A DNA stretch of 64,000 nucleotides from the NCBI GenBank assembly GCA_045106555.1, contig JBGCET010000002.1, forward strand, positions 135,752 to 199,751, given 5' to 3'. Within the stretch, counting starts at the first letter, position 1; each line of letters opens with the position of its first letter. The translations under genes were made by a program, and so were the position numbers. Positions 36,507 through 44,790 of the stretch are shown here, piece by piece. Below the pieces are notes generated by a model. That model was not told the DNA's origin, made no database searches, and was given only the letters and a program-made list of their open reading frames with translations. Source of the stretch: Lysobacterales bacterium (GTDB taxonomy: Bacteria > Pseudomonadota > Gammaproteobacteria > Xanthomonadales > SZUA-38).

Positions 36507-37964
36507 TCAAACGGCGCTCAATACACTGATCGCCGCCCGTTCGCCGGATTCAAAAGCGCCTTCCATGCCACGCTCCAGCAATGCGGTGTGCTCCCCGCAG
36601 AATTCGATATTGCCGTGATTATCACGCATGTGTGCGGCATATTGGGTGACCTGTCCTGGCCGCCAGAACACCCAGTCACCGGCGCCATGGACATCCCGAT
36701 GGCAGGACTGCACCAATACCGGCTCCAGAGCGCCCTTCAACGCCGGGCGCACTGCTTCGAGTTCGCGAGTGGTGTAGTCCATTACCTGTTGGTCGGTCAT
36801 GAAATTGTATTTGTACGCCTCATCGCCATTGATGAAGGCAATGGCAGAGGACGGCGCGCCCTTTTCTCCTCGGCCCAGCACCGCAAAACGTTCAAAACTG
36901 CCGTCTGCCCAGATGTTTTTGGGCAAGCCGTCGTCTTCCCAGAAAGGCCGTTTCAACAGATAGTGCACCTGGATGGAAATCCCGTAGTCGATTTCGTCGA
37001 TTGCCGCTGCCATCCGCTCGGGAAGCCGCGGAAAAAACTTCACGTCCTTCATTACCGGATAGGGCATGGAACAAACCACTTTTTTTGATCGGTAGCGTGT
37101 GCCATCGCCGCAATGGGTGATGACCTCAGATCCTCGGTCTTCGAATGCGTAAACCGTCTTGCCAGTAAGTACGCCGTTTTCCAGGCTTTCAGCCATCGCC
37201 GCAGGCATGCGTGAATTGCCGCCTTCAACCTGCAGTACGGGTGGCCGATCCTTCGCGGCGTCTGAGACTCGGGAGTTGAATTCTCCAACCGCGTATCGAC
37301 GAAGTTCATGCAGTGCCGACGTGTTGTCCAGGTGATCGGTGTGCACGATGGTGTTCATCAGGCGAATCGTTTCGTCGTTATAACCCAGGTAACGCCGTAG
37401 GTATTCGCTCTGGGGAATATCGTATTTGGCAAACTCCGGTTTGATCCAGGCGTCCAGGGGCTGGCCCGACAAGGGGTTGTCTCGATGGGACAGCTCGAAC
37501 AACATTCGGTTGGGCATCATTTCCCGGTCTTTGCCGGACAGCGGATTGAGTTCGTGGGTCGGCCAGGCTTCGGCGGAAATGTCCTGCCCACGGATGCGGT
37601 AATACCAACCAGACCTCGTGGCCAGCTGGTTGGGTTCAATCAGTTTCAGCTTGTGGCGTTTAGCGGCTTGAATCATCCGCGCATAGTTGCCGCCAATCAG
37701 TTCTCCCGCGGCTTCTGGCTTACCGGGAATATCCATCAATGTGTAAACCCGGCCGCCGATGCGTTGGCGACCTTCCAGGGTTTGCACATTCATCCCGTTA
37801 TCTTCCAGCAAGGTGGCGGCCTGGAGGCCCGAAAGGCCTGCGCCCACCACGATGACATCGTGGACCGGGGTTGCTTTGCCGAATACCGGCAGAACCGGGG
37901 TCAACGCGGCTGCCACGCTCCCCTGCAGGAGTTGTCGGCGTTTGCTGGAAATCGGTGAATTCAT
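36507..37964 (-). CDS. Tat-exported flavin-containing amine oxidase (second paralogue)
   Basis: SKRRQLLQGSVAAAL twin-arginine signal, DVIVVGAGLSGLQAATLL...GGRV, and IEFCGEHTA...GMEGAFESGERAA. Confidence 0.85.
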   Translation of the reverse strand: MNSPISSKRRQLLQGSVAAALTPVLPVFGKATPVHDVIVVGAGLSGLQAATLLEDNGMNVQTLEGRQRIGGRVYTLMDIPGKPEAAGELIGGNYARMIQAAKRHKLKLIEPNQLATRSGWYYRIRGQDISAEAWPTHELNPLSGKDREMMPNRMLFELSHRDNPLSGQPLDAWIKPEFAKYDIPQSEYLRRYLGYNDETIRLMNTIVHTDHLDNTSALHELRRYAVGEFNSRVSDAAKDRPPVLQVEGGNSRMPAAMAESLENGVLTGKTVYAFEDRGSEVITHCGDGTRYRSKKVVCSMPYPVMKDVKFFPRLPERMAAAIDEIDYGISIQVHYLLKRPFWEDDGLPKNIWADGSFERFAVLGRGEKGAPSSAIAFINGDEAYKYNFMTDQQVMDYTTRELEAVRPALKGALEPVLVQSCHRDVHGAGDWVFWRPGQVTQYAAHMRDNHGNIEFCGEHTALLERGMEGAFESGERAAISVLSAV

Positions 37965-38151
37965 GACTACTTACCCTAAGTCGATATTTACATGCGTGAA
38001 CACAATATACCGCTACGTGTAGACAATTCCCACAGTTGGCATTGTCTGTTGACGACATGTCGGCTTTTTTGTCTGATTTTGAGATTGCCGGCGTGTATCC
38101 AATGTGATCAAGCTGGAGTCCAATCAGGGACTGTTCGGATGGGTGGCGGCA

Positions 38152-38180
38152 TTGACGTTGGGGGTTGAGGCTGCTTTAAT
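38152..38180 (+). promoter_or_regulatory. Candidate sigma70 promoter of the tetR-ABC operon
   Basis: TTGACG (38152-38157), a 17-nt spacer, then TTTAAT (38175-38180). The -10 element overlaps the operator palindrome. Confidence 0.4.
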
Positions 38181-38210
38181 GACCATGGTCATTTAAAAAC
38201 CATGGTCATT
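38178..38210. promoter_or_regulatory. Tandem operator: perfect 16-bp palindrome AATGACCATGGTCATT, then a second copy AAAAACCATGGTCATT one nt later
   Basis: Read directly from the sequence (38178-38193 and 38195-38210). It sits immediately upstream of the tetR Shine-Dalgarno sequence and start codon, which is typical TetR autoregulatory geometry. Confidence 0.55.
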
Positions 38211-38221
38211 ACGAGGTGGAG

Positions 38222-38800
38222 ATGAACTGGCGTCAGCAACAAAAAGTAGAGCTGAAACAGGCCCTGTATGCGTGCGCGGTCAGACTGTTCGAAGCCCAAG
38301 GTTTTGAGTCTACGACCGTAGCTCAAATTACCACTGAACTGGGTGTGGCCAAGGGGACATTCTTCAACCACTTCCCCAGCAAAGAACATGTCATTGAGCA
38401 GTGGTACGACGCGATTACGACGGACTGCCTGGCGGCGGCGAAAACCGCTTCTTTTGCCAGCGCTGAGCTGGCAATAGCGAGCCTGTTTTCGGAGATGTCT
38501 GGGCGAGCCACGGCGTCTCCCGAACTGCTTATGGCGAAAGCTGGCAACGTGATAAACCCCCTTTTGGTTGGCGCTGAAATGCGTCAGGTAAAGCAGGTGG
38601 CGGACTATGTTCGAACCCAATGCCAGGCCGGTGTTGAGCGTGGTGAACTCAGGGCGGATACCGACATCCACTTTGTCGCTGATCTTCTGGTGGCCTTGCT
38701 GACAGGGACCTCCCGCGCTTGGGTAAGCTCTCAACCCCGTTTTGATTTCCCCGACCTCATCCGCAGGAGAGTTCAGTTCGTATTTGAGGCGGCCCGGTGA
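38222..38800 (+). CDS. TetR-family transcriptional regulator
   Basis: HTH TTVAQITTELGVAKGTFFNHFPSKE. ATG 38222 is preceded by GAGGTGGAG. GTG 38216 is the alternative start. Confidence 0.85.
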   Translation: MNWRQQQKVELKQALYACAVRLFEAQGFESTTVAQITTELGVAKGTFFNHFPSKEHVIEQWYDAITTDCLAAAKTASFASAELAIASLFSEMSGRATASPELLMAKAGNVINPLLVGAEMRQVKQVADYVRTQCQAGVERGELRADTDIHFVADLLVALLTGTSRAWVSSQPRFDFPDLIRRRVQFVFEAAR

Positions 38801-39687
38801 GCGTATTGTCGATCTGCCATTTAAGTCACACCTATGCCGGCGGCGTGCAGGCCTTGAACGATCTCAGTATGGAGCTCGGGCCCGGCATGTTCGGATTACT
38901 GGGACCCAACGGCGCTGGCAAGTCCTCATTGATGCGAATTATTGCAACCTTGCAAACCCCCAGTCAGGGCGACGTGCATTTTGGTGATATTGACGTCCTC
39001 AAACAGCCTCAGCGACTCAGGCGGGTGTTGGGCTATCTCCCCCAGGATTTTGGCGTCTATCCGCGAGGCTCTGCGATGGAGATGTTAAATCACATTGCCG
39101 TGTTGAAAGGGATAAGCTCGCGCAAACAGCGCCGGCAGCTCGTTGAGCACCTGCTGCATTTGACCAATCTATTTGACGTACGAAAAAAGCGACTGGCGGG
39201 GTTTTCCGGTGGCATGCGCCAACGGTTTGGCATTGCCCAGGCGTTGATTGGCAATCCCAGACTGTTGATTGTTGACGAACCCACTGCCGGGCTGGATCCC
39301 CAGGAGCGCCATCGGTTTCATAACTTGTTGGCGGAAGTGGCTCAGGATGTTGTGGTGGTGCTGTCAACCCACATCGTGGAAGACGTGGACGACCTGTGCC
39401 CGCGGATGGGTGTGCTCAGGGCCGGTCAAATCGTGGCTCAGGGTAAGCCTGCGGACCTGCGCAATGCCCTGGTCGGCACCCTGTGGGAAAAAGCGATTGA
39501 ACCCAAGGACCTTCAGGCAGTGGAGGCGCGTCACGAGGTGATTTCCCACCATCTATCCGCCGGTAAGCGGGTGGTCCGGGTTCGGGCGACGCAATATCCT
39601 GGCGACGACTTCCAACGCAGCGATCCGACGCTTGAGGACGTGTACTTTTGCGCCATAGCCCAAGCCACGGCAGTGGCAACGGCTTAG
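38797..39687 (+). CDS. ABC transporter ATP-binding protein
   Basis: Walker A GPNGAGKSS, signature FSGGMRQR, Walker B LLIVDEPTAGLD. The GTG start overlaps the tetR stop (GTGA). Confidence 0.9.
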   Translation: MSVLSICHLSHTYAGGVQALNDLSMELGPGMFGLLGPNGAGKSSLMRIIATLQTPSQGDVHFGDIDVLKQPQRLRRVLGYLPQDFGVYPRGSAMEMLNHIAVLKGISSRKQRRQLVEHLLHLTNLFDVRKKRLAGFSGGMRQRFGIAQALIGNPRLLIVDEPTAGLDPQERHRFHNLLAEVAQDVVVVLSTHIVEDVDDLCPRMGVLRAGQIVAQGKPADLRNALVGTLWEKAIEPKDLQAVEARHEVISHHLSAGKRVVRVRATQYPGDDFQRSDPTLEDVYFCAIAQATAVATA

Positions 39688-39690
39688 ACA

Positions 39691-42600
39691 ATGACGGGAC
39701 GCATTGCCTGGCTTGAGTGGCACTATCAGGCGCGATCCGTGGCTGCGTTGCTGGCACTTGCCGTTTCGTTGGGCTTGGGGTTTTTGCTGACCGCCAATGC
39801 GGGAGAGTTTCAGTCCTTTGCCCCCGGCGGAATGGTGCTGGCCAACTCTCCCCACGCACTTGTCGAAAATTTGATCAAAATCGGATTGTTGGCCGTGTTT
39901 GCCATGCCGGCCATCATTGGCGGTGCAGTGCTACGGGACTTGGAATCAGGTATGTCTCCGTTGATCTACAGCACACCAGTGAGCACTTGGCAGTTCTTGC
40001 TCGGACGCTTTGCCGGCTCTTTTGGTGTTCTGGCGGTGGTGGCAGCAGGCGCTCCAGTTGGTTTTCTGCTTGGCACCTTTTGGCCCTGGGCCGACCCATC
40101 ATTGCTGGGCCCCACCCGGCTTCACCACTATGGCTTTGGCTACATTGTCATCATGTTGCCGACATTGTTGTTCACCGCGGCGTTGGTTTTCGCCGTAGCG
40201 GTGATTGCTCGTCGAATGATCTACGTTTACCTGATGGTGATGGCCCTGCTCGCTTTATCGTTGATCGGCGGTGAAGCCAATCTGATTCATCCCGTGGTTG
40301 ATCCATTTTTGTACGAAGTGTTTGAGCGTCAGACCCGCTACTTGAGTGCCGCCGAGCGCAATCAACAGCTGGTTAAAATCGACACGTTGATGCTGCTTAG
40401 CCGAGCGCTATGGGGAACTCTGGCGCTGGCGGCCTTGGCGCTGGCTTGGCGGCGCTTTTCATTTTCCCCAGTGATGAGGGGAGAAAAACCTCCGGCTGAG
40501 ATGAAGGGCGAGTCCCATCAGTTCAACTCCTTGTCGGCGGACTGGAAAATCTCACCACTATGGGAGAGTGCTACCTCTTGGCGTCAACTCAGGGTCTTGA
40601 TGGTGTGGGAAATTCGACAAGTCTTAATGAGTCGGCCCTTTCTCATTCTCCTCGCGATCAGCTTCACTCTGTTGGTGTTGAGTTTAGTGAGTCGCGAGGT
40701 CCACTATGGTGTGCAGGCCCTGCCGGTAACCCGGCTGATGATTGGGTCTTTGTCGTCGCTAATCCTGGCGCTGATGGTTGTCCTGGCTTTTTACAGTTCG
40801 GAGATTATCTGGCGGGAGCGTCGCTGTGGATTCAATGGCGTGTTGGACGCAATGCCGGTCCCCAGTGTCGTTGTGATCAGCAGCAAGATCTCAGCGTTGT
40901 TGGTGGTAATGGCAATGATCGTTGGATTGGGCGTCGTGATCGCGGTTGGGGTTCAGATTGGCAGCGGCTACTATCATTTTGAGCCACTGCTTTACCTTGA
41001 GCGGGGCCTGTTTTTCAACACGCTTCCTTACCTTTGTTTGGCCGTGCTGACCTGTTTTTTTCAGGTGCTTGGCAGCCATCGCTTTGTCGGGCTGCTGATG
41101 TTTGCTGTTTTTATGGCGGCGCTTGTGGGTTCTCGAGATCTATTCGGTGTAGAACATCCATTGCTGAGTTTCGGCCTGCCAGCGGTGCCGGCGCCCATGT
41201 CGGACATGAGCGGCGCACGAGAGTTTATGGCCTTGGGATATTGGGTACGAGCCTATTGGTTTTGCCTGGCGGGGCTGTTTTTGATGGCCACCGTTGCACT
41301 TTGGCAGCGAGGTATCCTGCAGCCACTGCGGCTCAGGTTGCGCAGGCTTACGCGTCAAACCAGCGTGCTGCCGATGGTTTCGGCAGCGTTGCTGGCCCTG
41401 GGAGCCGTGGGCGTCGGCGCTGTCATCTATCACAACACCAATATTGTCAATCGTTATGTCACCAATGCGGATGCTGAGGTAATGCAGGTGAACTATGAGC
41501 GCAACTACCAGAGGTTCTCGAGCTTACCGATGCCGTCCATCACTGCGGTGACTATGGCAGTGGACCTTTACCCCTTGCAACGTCGAGTAACGGTGGCGGG
41601 GGAGCACCTCTTGCGCAACCGCCACGAACAGCCTCTGACGCGCATTGATGTGGTTTTTCCGCCCGACCTTGACCTGGTCTCCGTCACCTTGGACGTTGCC
41701 GCAGCCCAATCTCAAGCCAGTGAACTGGCTACGTATGTCACGTTCGAACTTGATCAGCCGATGCTGCCTGAACAGCAGATCACCTTGCAATTCGAGGCCC
41801 AGCTCCAGCACGTAGGGTTCGCTCATGATGCTCCCGACACCGCGCTGGTTCGTAACGGGATTTTTATCGGCAACGAACGGTTTAGCCCCCACATCGGGTA
41901 TAACCCAGATTACGTCTTAGACGATGTTCGAGACCGTCAACATTATGGATTGGCGCCGTTGGCGAGGCGGCCGCTGTTAGAGGACACCCGACAACACAAC
42001 GTCAATCCAACCCGGGCTGACAGCACCTTTATTGACTTTGAGAGCACCGTTTCAACCATAGCCGGTCAGACCGCGATTACCTCGGGCAACCTCATTGAGC
42101 GCTGGGAAGAGGGCGAGCGGGCCTATTTTCACTACAAAATGAGTGGGCCTATTCGAAACCTGTACGCCTATTCTTCAGCGCACTATGACGTTGTGCGTGA
42201 TCAGGTCAACGGCTGGGATCTGGAAGTCTTTCATCACCCTGGACATGATAAGAATGTAGGACGAATGCTGGACGCAGCGAAAGACAGCCTTGCGTATTTC
42301 AGTGAAGTCTTTAGCCCGTATCAGTACCAGAAGCTCACGATTGCCGAATTCCCGGCCTATCGGGCATTTGCCCAATCCTTTCCTGACACCATCTTTTTTT
42401 CCGAGGATCTGGGGTTCCTGGATCAGATCGGCCCTCAAGATCTGGACATGCCGTACTACATTACGGCCCACGAAGTGGCGCATCAATGGTGGGGTCATCA
42501 GTTGACCGCGGCGAATACTCAGGGAGATGGGTTTCTGCACGAAACGTTGGCGCAATATTCCGCCATGTTGGTGATGCGCAACCGATATGGGCGCGACACG

Positions 42601-43263
42601 GTCCGTCGATTTCTCAAATTTGAGCTGGATCGCTATTTGTCGGCTCGAGCCAACGATCCGCAAGGTGAGCTGCCGCTATATCGCGTGGAAAAACAAAAAT
42701 ACATCCACTATCGCAAGGGCTCTATCGTGATGTATGCGTTGGCGACGTATTTGGGTGAGGGGGTGGTCAATCGTTCGTTAGCGCAGCTGCTGCGGCTGCG
42801 CGCATTCAGCGCGTCACCCTACGCCATCTCCACGGATTTTCTGAAAATACTCAAAGCCCAGGCCAAACCAGAACAGCATGGGCTGATTGAGGACATGCTG
42901 GAAAACATCACGCTATTTGATCTTCAGCTGCATCGCGCCGATGTAAGAGCTGCAGAACACGGCGGCTTCCGGGTCACTGCGCACGTCGATGTGGCGAAGT
43001 TTTACGCCAACGGCGAGGGCGAGGAAACCGAGGCGCCGTTGGATATGGCCGTGGATATCGGCCTGTTCAGACGCAGTCCCGACGCGGCAGATTTTACCGA
43101 GGACGACCTGATTGCGCTTAAGCCTGTTGACCTGACCAGCGGCTCGTCGACCGTTGAAATTGTTGTCAGTGAGCAGCCTGCGGTTGTTGTTATCGACCCG
43201 TACTACAAGCTGATTGATCGTCAAATGGGGGACAACGAGGTGGCGGTAACGACATCAAACTGA
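39691..43263 (+). CDS. Fusion protein: polytopic ABC-2-type permease (N-terminal ~560 aa) plus M1-family zinc metallopeptidase domain (C-terminal ~600 aa)
   Basis: Uninterrupted 1190-aa ORF starting 3 nt after the ATPase stop. It has many hydrophobic segments up to about residue 560, then HEVAHQWWGH...FLHETLAQY (a gluzincin HExxH...E site). Confidence 0.85.
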   Translation: MTGRIAWLEWHYQARSVAALLALAVSLGLGFLLTANAGEFQSFAPGGMVLANSPHALVENLIKIGLLAVFAMPAIIGGAVLRDLESGMSPLIYSTPVSTWQFLLGRFAGSFGVLAVVAAGAPVGFLLGTFWPWADPSLLGPTRLHHYGFGYIVIMLPTLLFTAALVFAVAVIARRMIYVYLMVMALLALSLIGGEANLIHPVVDPFLYEVFERQTRYLSAAERNQQLVKIDTLMLLSRALWGTLALAALALAWRRFSFSPVMRGEKPPAEMKGESHQFNSLSADWKISPLWESATSWRQLRVLMVWEIRQVLMSRPFLILLAISFTLLVLSLVSREVHYGVQALPVTRLMIGSLSSLILALMVVLAFYSSEIIWRERRCGFNGVLDAMPVPSVVVISSKISALLVVMAMIVGLGVVIAVGVQIGSGYYHFEPLLYLERGLFFNTLPYLCLAVLTCFFQVLGSHRFVGLLMFAVFMAALVGSRDLFGVEHPLLSFGLPAVPAPMSDMSGAREFMALGYWVRAYWFCLAGLFLMATVALWQRGILQPLRLRLRRLTRQTSVLPMVSAALLALGAVGVGAVIYHNTNIVNRYVTNADAEVMQVNYERNYQRFSSLPMPSITAVTMAVDLYPLQRRVTVAGEHLLRNRHEQPLTRIDVVFPPDLDLVSVTLDVAAAQSQASELATYVTFELDQPMLPEQQITLQFEAQLQHVGFAHDAPDTALVRNGIFIGNERFSPHIGYNPDYVLDDVRDRQHYGLAPLARRPLLEDTRQHNVNPTRADSTFIDFESTVSTIAGQTAITSGNLIERWEEGERAYFHYKMSGPIRNLYAYSSAHYDVVRDQVNGWDLEVFHHPGHDKNVGRMLDAAKDSLAYFSEVFSPYQYQKLTIAEFPAYRAFAQSFPDTIFFSEDLGFLDQIGPQDLDMPYYITAHEVAHQWWGHQLTAANTQGDGFLHETLAQYSAMLVMRNRYGRDTVRRFLKFELDRYLSARANDPQGELPLYRVEKQKYIHYRKGSIVMYALATYLGEGVVNRSLAQLLRLRAFSASPYAISTDFLKILKAQAKPEQHGLIEDMLENITLFDLQLHRADVRAAEHGGFRVTAHVDVAKFYANGEGEETEAPLDMAVDIGLFRRSPDAADFTEDDLIALKPVDLTSGSSTVEIVVSEQPAVVVIDPYYKLIDRQMGDNEVAVTTSN

Positions 43264-43296
43264 GGTCAGTCGTTGACAGCTTGTTGTGGCCCAAAT

Positions 43297-44688
43297 TCAG
43301 GGCCTTTCAAAACCATCTTGGAATAGCGCAGGTATTTCAACGTCACCGCCAGAGATAACCAGCGGGCCGTTGTCTGCGGGGTCCAGCCAGGGTTGCAGGC
43401 GCTCAGCGTCTGTATTGCCACTGCGCCAGGCAGCGGCAAAACGGCCGTAGCAGTCAAACGAAATATTGCTGCAGGATGCCGCACCGCCAGACAGAAAGCC
43501 GATAACCCCCTTGTTATCGGGATGAAAAAGGGCCGACCCGGAAGAGCCGGGCTCGGTGGTGCCGTCTTCCCAGTTGTCGACAGTCCAGTGAGTGTTGGTG
43601 TTATCCGCAATAATGCAGTTGCTGGCGTAAGACAGGGCATCGGTATTGAAGCTGATCGCCTTTTCGTCCACTCGGGGATGATGAATGCCTACGCTTCCTT
43701 GAGGGATGGTGTCAGATCGGTCCCACCCAGCCCAGTGGACGTTGAAGGATGTGGGGGGTGTAGAGCTTAATTCGAGTAACGCCATGTCGGTTTGTCGGTC
43801 ACTGGCGCGAAACACGGCCCCCGACACAGACTCCATTCTGGAGCCTCCCGATAGCTGGCCGCAGGTGGGTGATTCATAATTCCACAAAGTGACCACGGAT
43901 GCGGCGTTGGACGGATTTATTCCACAATGAAAAGCAGTTAAGAAATAGGGCGTGAAACTCCCTTCAGCGTCCATCACCATCGTTCCCGTACACGTATCGA
44001 TGCCGCTTCGGGTGTAAGCTGCGACTGAACGGATTTCGTCTCGCCAAAGATCACCTTCGGGGCATACTACGTCGTTGTTGCATGCACCCTGCTTGCTCAG
44101 TCCAGGGCCGCCAAAAACGTTGAATACGTCGCGAAAGCCTCGGCTTACTCGAATAAGCTCCAGTTGCAACGTTGGGGTGGCACCGGTAGGAATAAAAAGT
44201 TCTACGGTGACGGTATCCCCGGGCATTGGTGGTGACCAAAACTGGCCATGGTCTGCGTTGTCATCGTCGGTGTAAGGGCCATCAAAATAGTTGGGCATTG
44301 CTTTGGTGTTGCTAATGAAATACAGCGTTGCCCCCACGGGCAACTGAAATTGTTGAAAGCCAAAATTCAAATCGGTGGCGCCCTCAGCAGCAAATCCCAT
44401 TCGCCAGAGCTGGCCACCGTCAACGACAGACCATTGTCCATGGGTGGTGGGAGAGATGTTGAGGTCCGTTGGGCGCGCAAACCGCACCGCCACGCCGCGC
44501 TTGGCATCCCGGTCCGCTGCCGCTTTTTCCAGCGCCGGGTCTAAACCCGGTAACCGGTACGGCTGGGCGCTGGGCAGCGTTAGACCAAAGCTTTTGGGTG
44601 TCTGGCCTTCTCGAGCCCCTGTAGTCGCAGGCAGAGCCAGAAGCAGGGCGAATAAAAAAAACCATGGAGTCGGCTGGAAACGGACCAC
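43297..44688 (-). CDS. Lysyl endopeptidase-like secreted S1 serine protease (Achromobacter protease I family) with pro-region
   Basis: CNNDVVCPEGD, FLTAFHCG, WAGWDR, IHHP, TEPGSSGSALF and WLDPA parallel Achromobacter protease I. GTG 44688 gives the signal peptide MVRFQPTPWFFLFALLLALPATTGA. The ORF is open to TTG 44778. Confidence 0.85.
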   Translation of the reverse strand: MVRFQPTPWFFLFALLLALPATTGAREGQTPKSFGLTLPSAQPYRLPGLDPALEKAAADRDAKRGVAVRFARPTDLNISPTTHGQWSVVDGGQLWRMGFAAEGATDLNFGFQQFQLPVGATLYFISNTKAMPNYFDGPYTDDDNADHGQFWSPPMPGDTVTVELFIPTGATPTLQLELIRVSRGFRDVFNVFGGPGLSKQGACNNDVVCPEGDLWRDEIRSVAAYTRSGIDTCTGTMVMDAEGSFTPYFLTAFHCGINPSNAASVVTLWNYESPTCGQLSGGSRMESVSGAVFRASDRQTDMALLELSSTPPTSFNVHWAGWDRSDTIPQGSVGIHHPRVDEKAISFNTDALSYASNCIIADNTNTHWTVDNWEDGTTEPGSSGSALFHPDNKGVIGFLSGGAASCSNISFDCYGRFAAAWRSGNTDAERLQPWLDPADNGPLVISGGDVEIPALFQDGFERP

Positions 44689-44790
44689 AAGAAGACCTGT
44701 AAAAAACCACGAGGAGACGATGGTAGCCCACCCGGTACGCCAAAAACCGGACCGAGTTGGCAGTCGGTCAGGCCTCAAAAGCGTTATCGA

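Noticed and set aside
38053-38070. The palindrome CGACATGTCG followed by GCTTTTTT, resembling a terminator.
   Set aside because: The palindrome leaves no loop of usable size. There is also no plus-strand gene upstream to terminate, since the neighbouring gene is on the minus strand and starts at 37964. It could be a protein-binding site, but there is no support for that.
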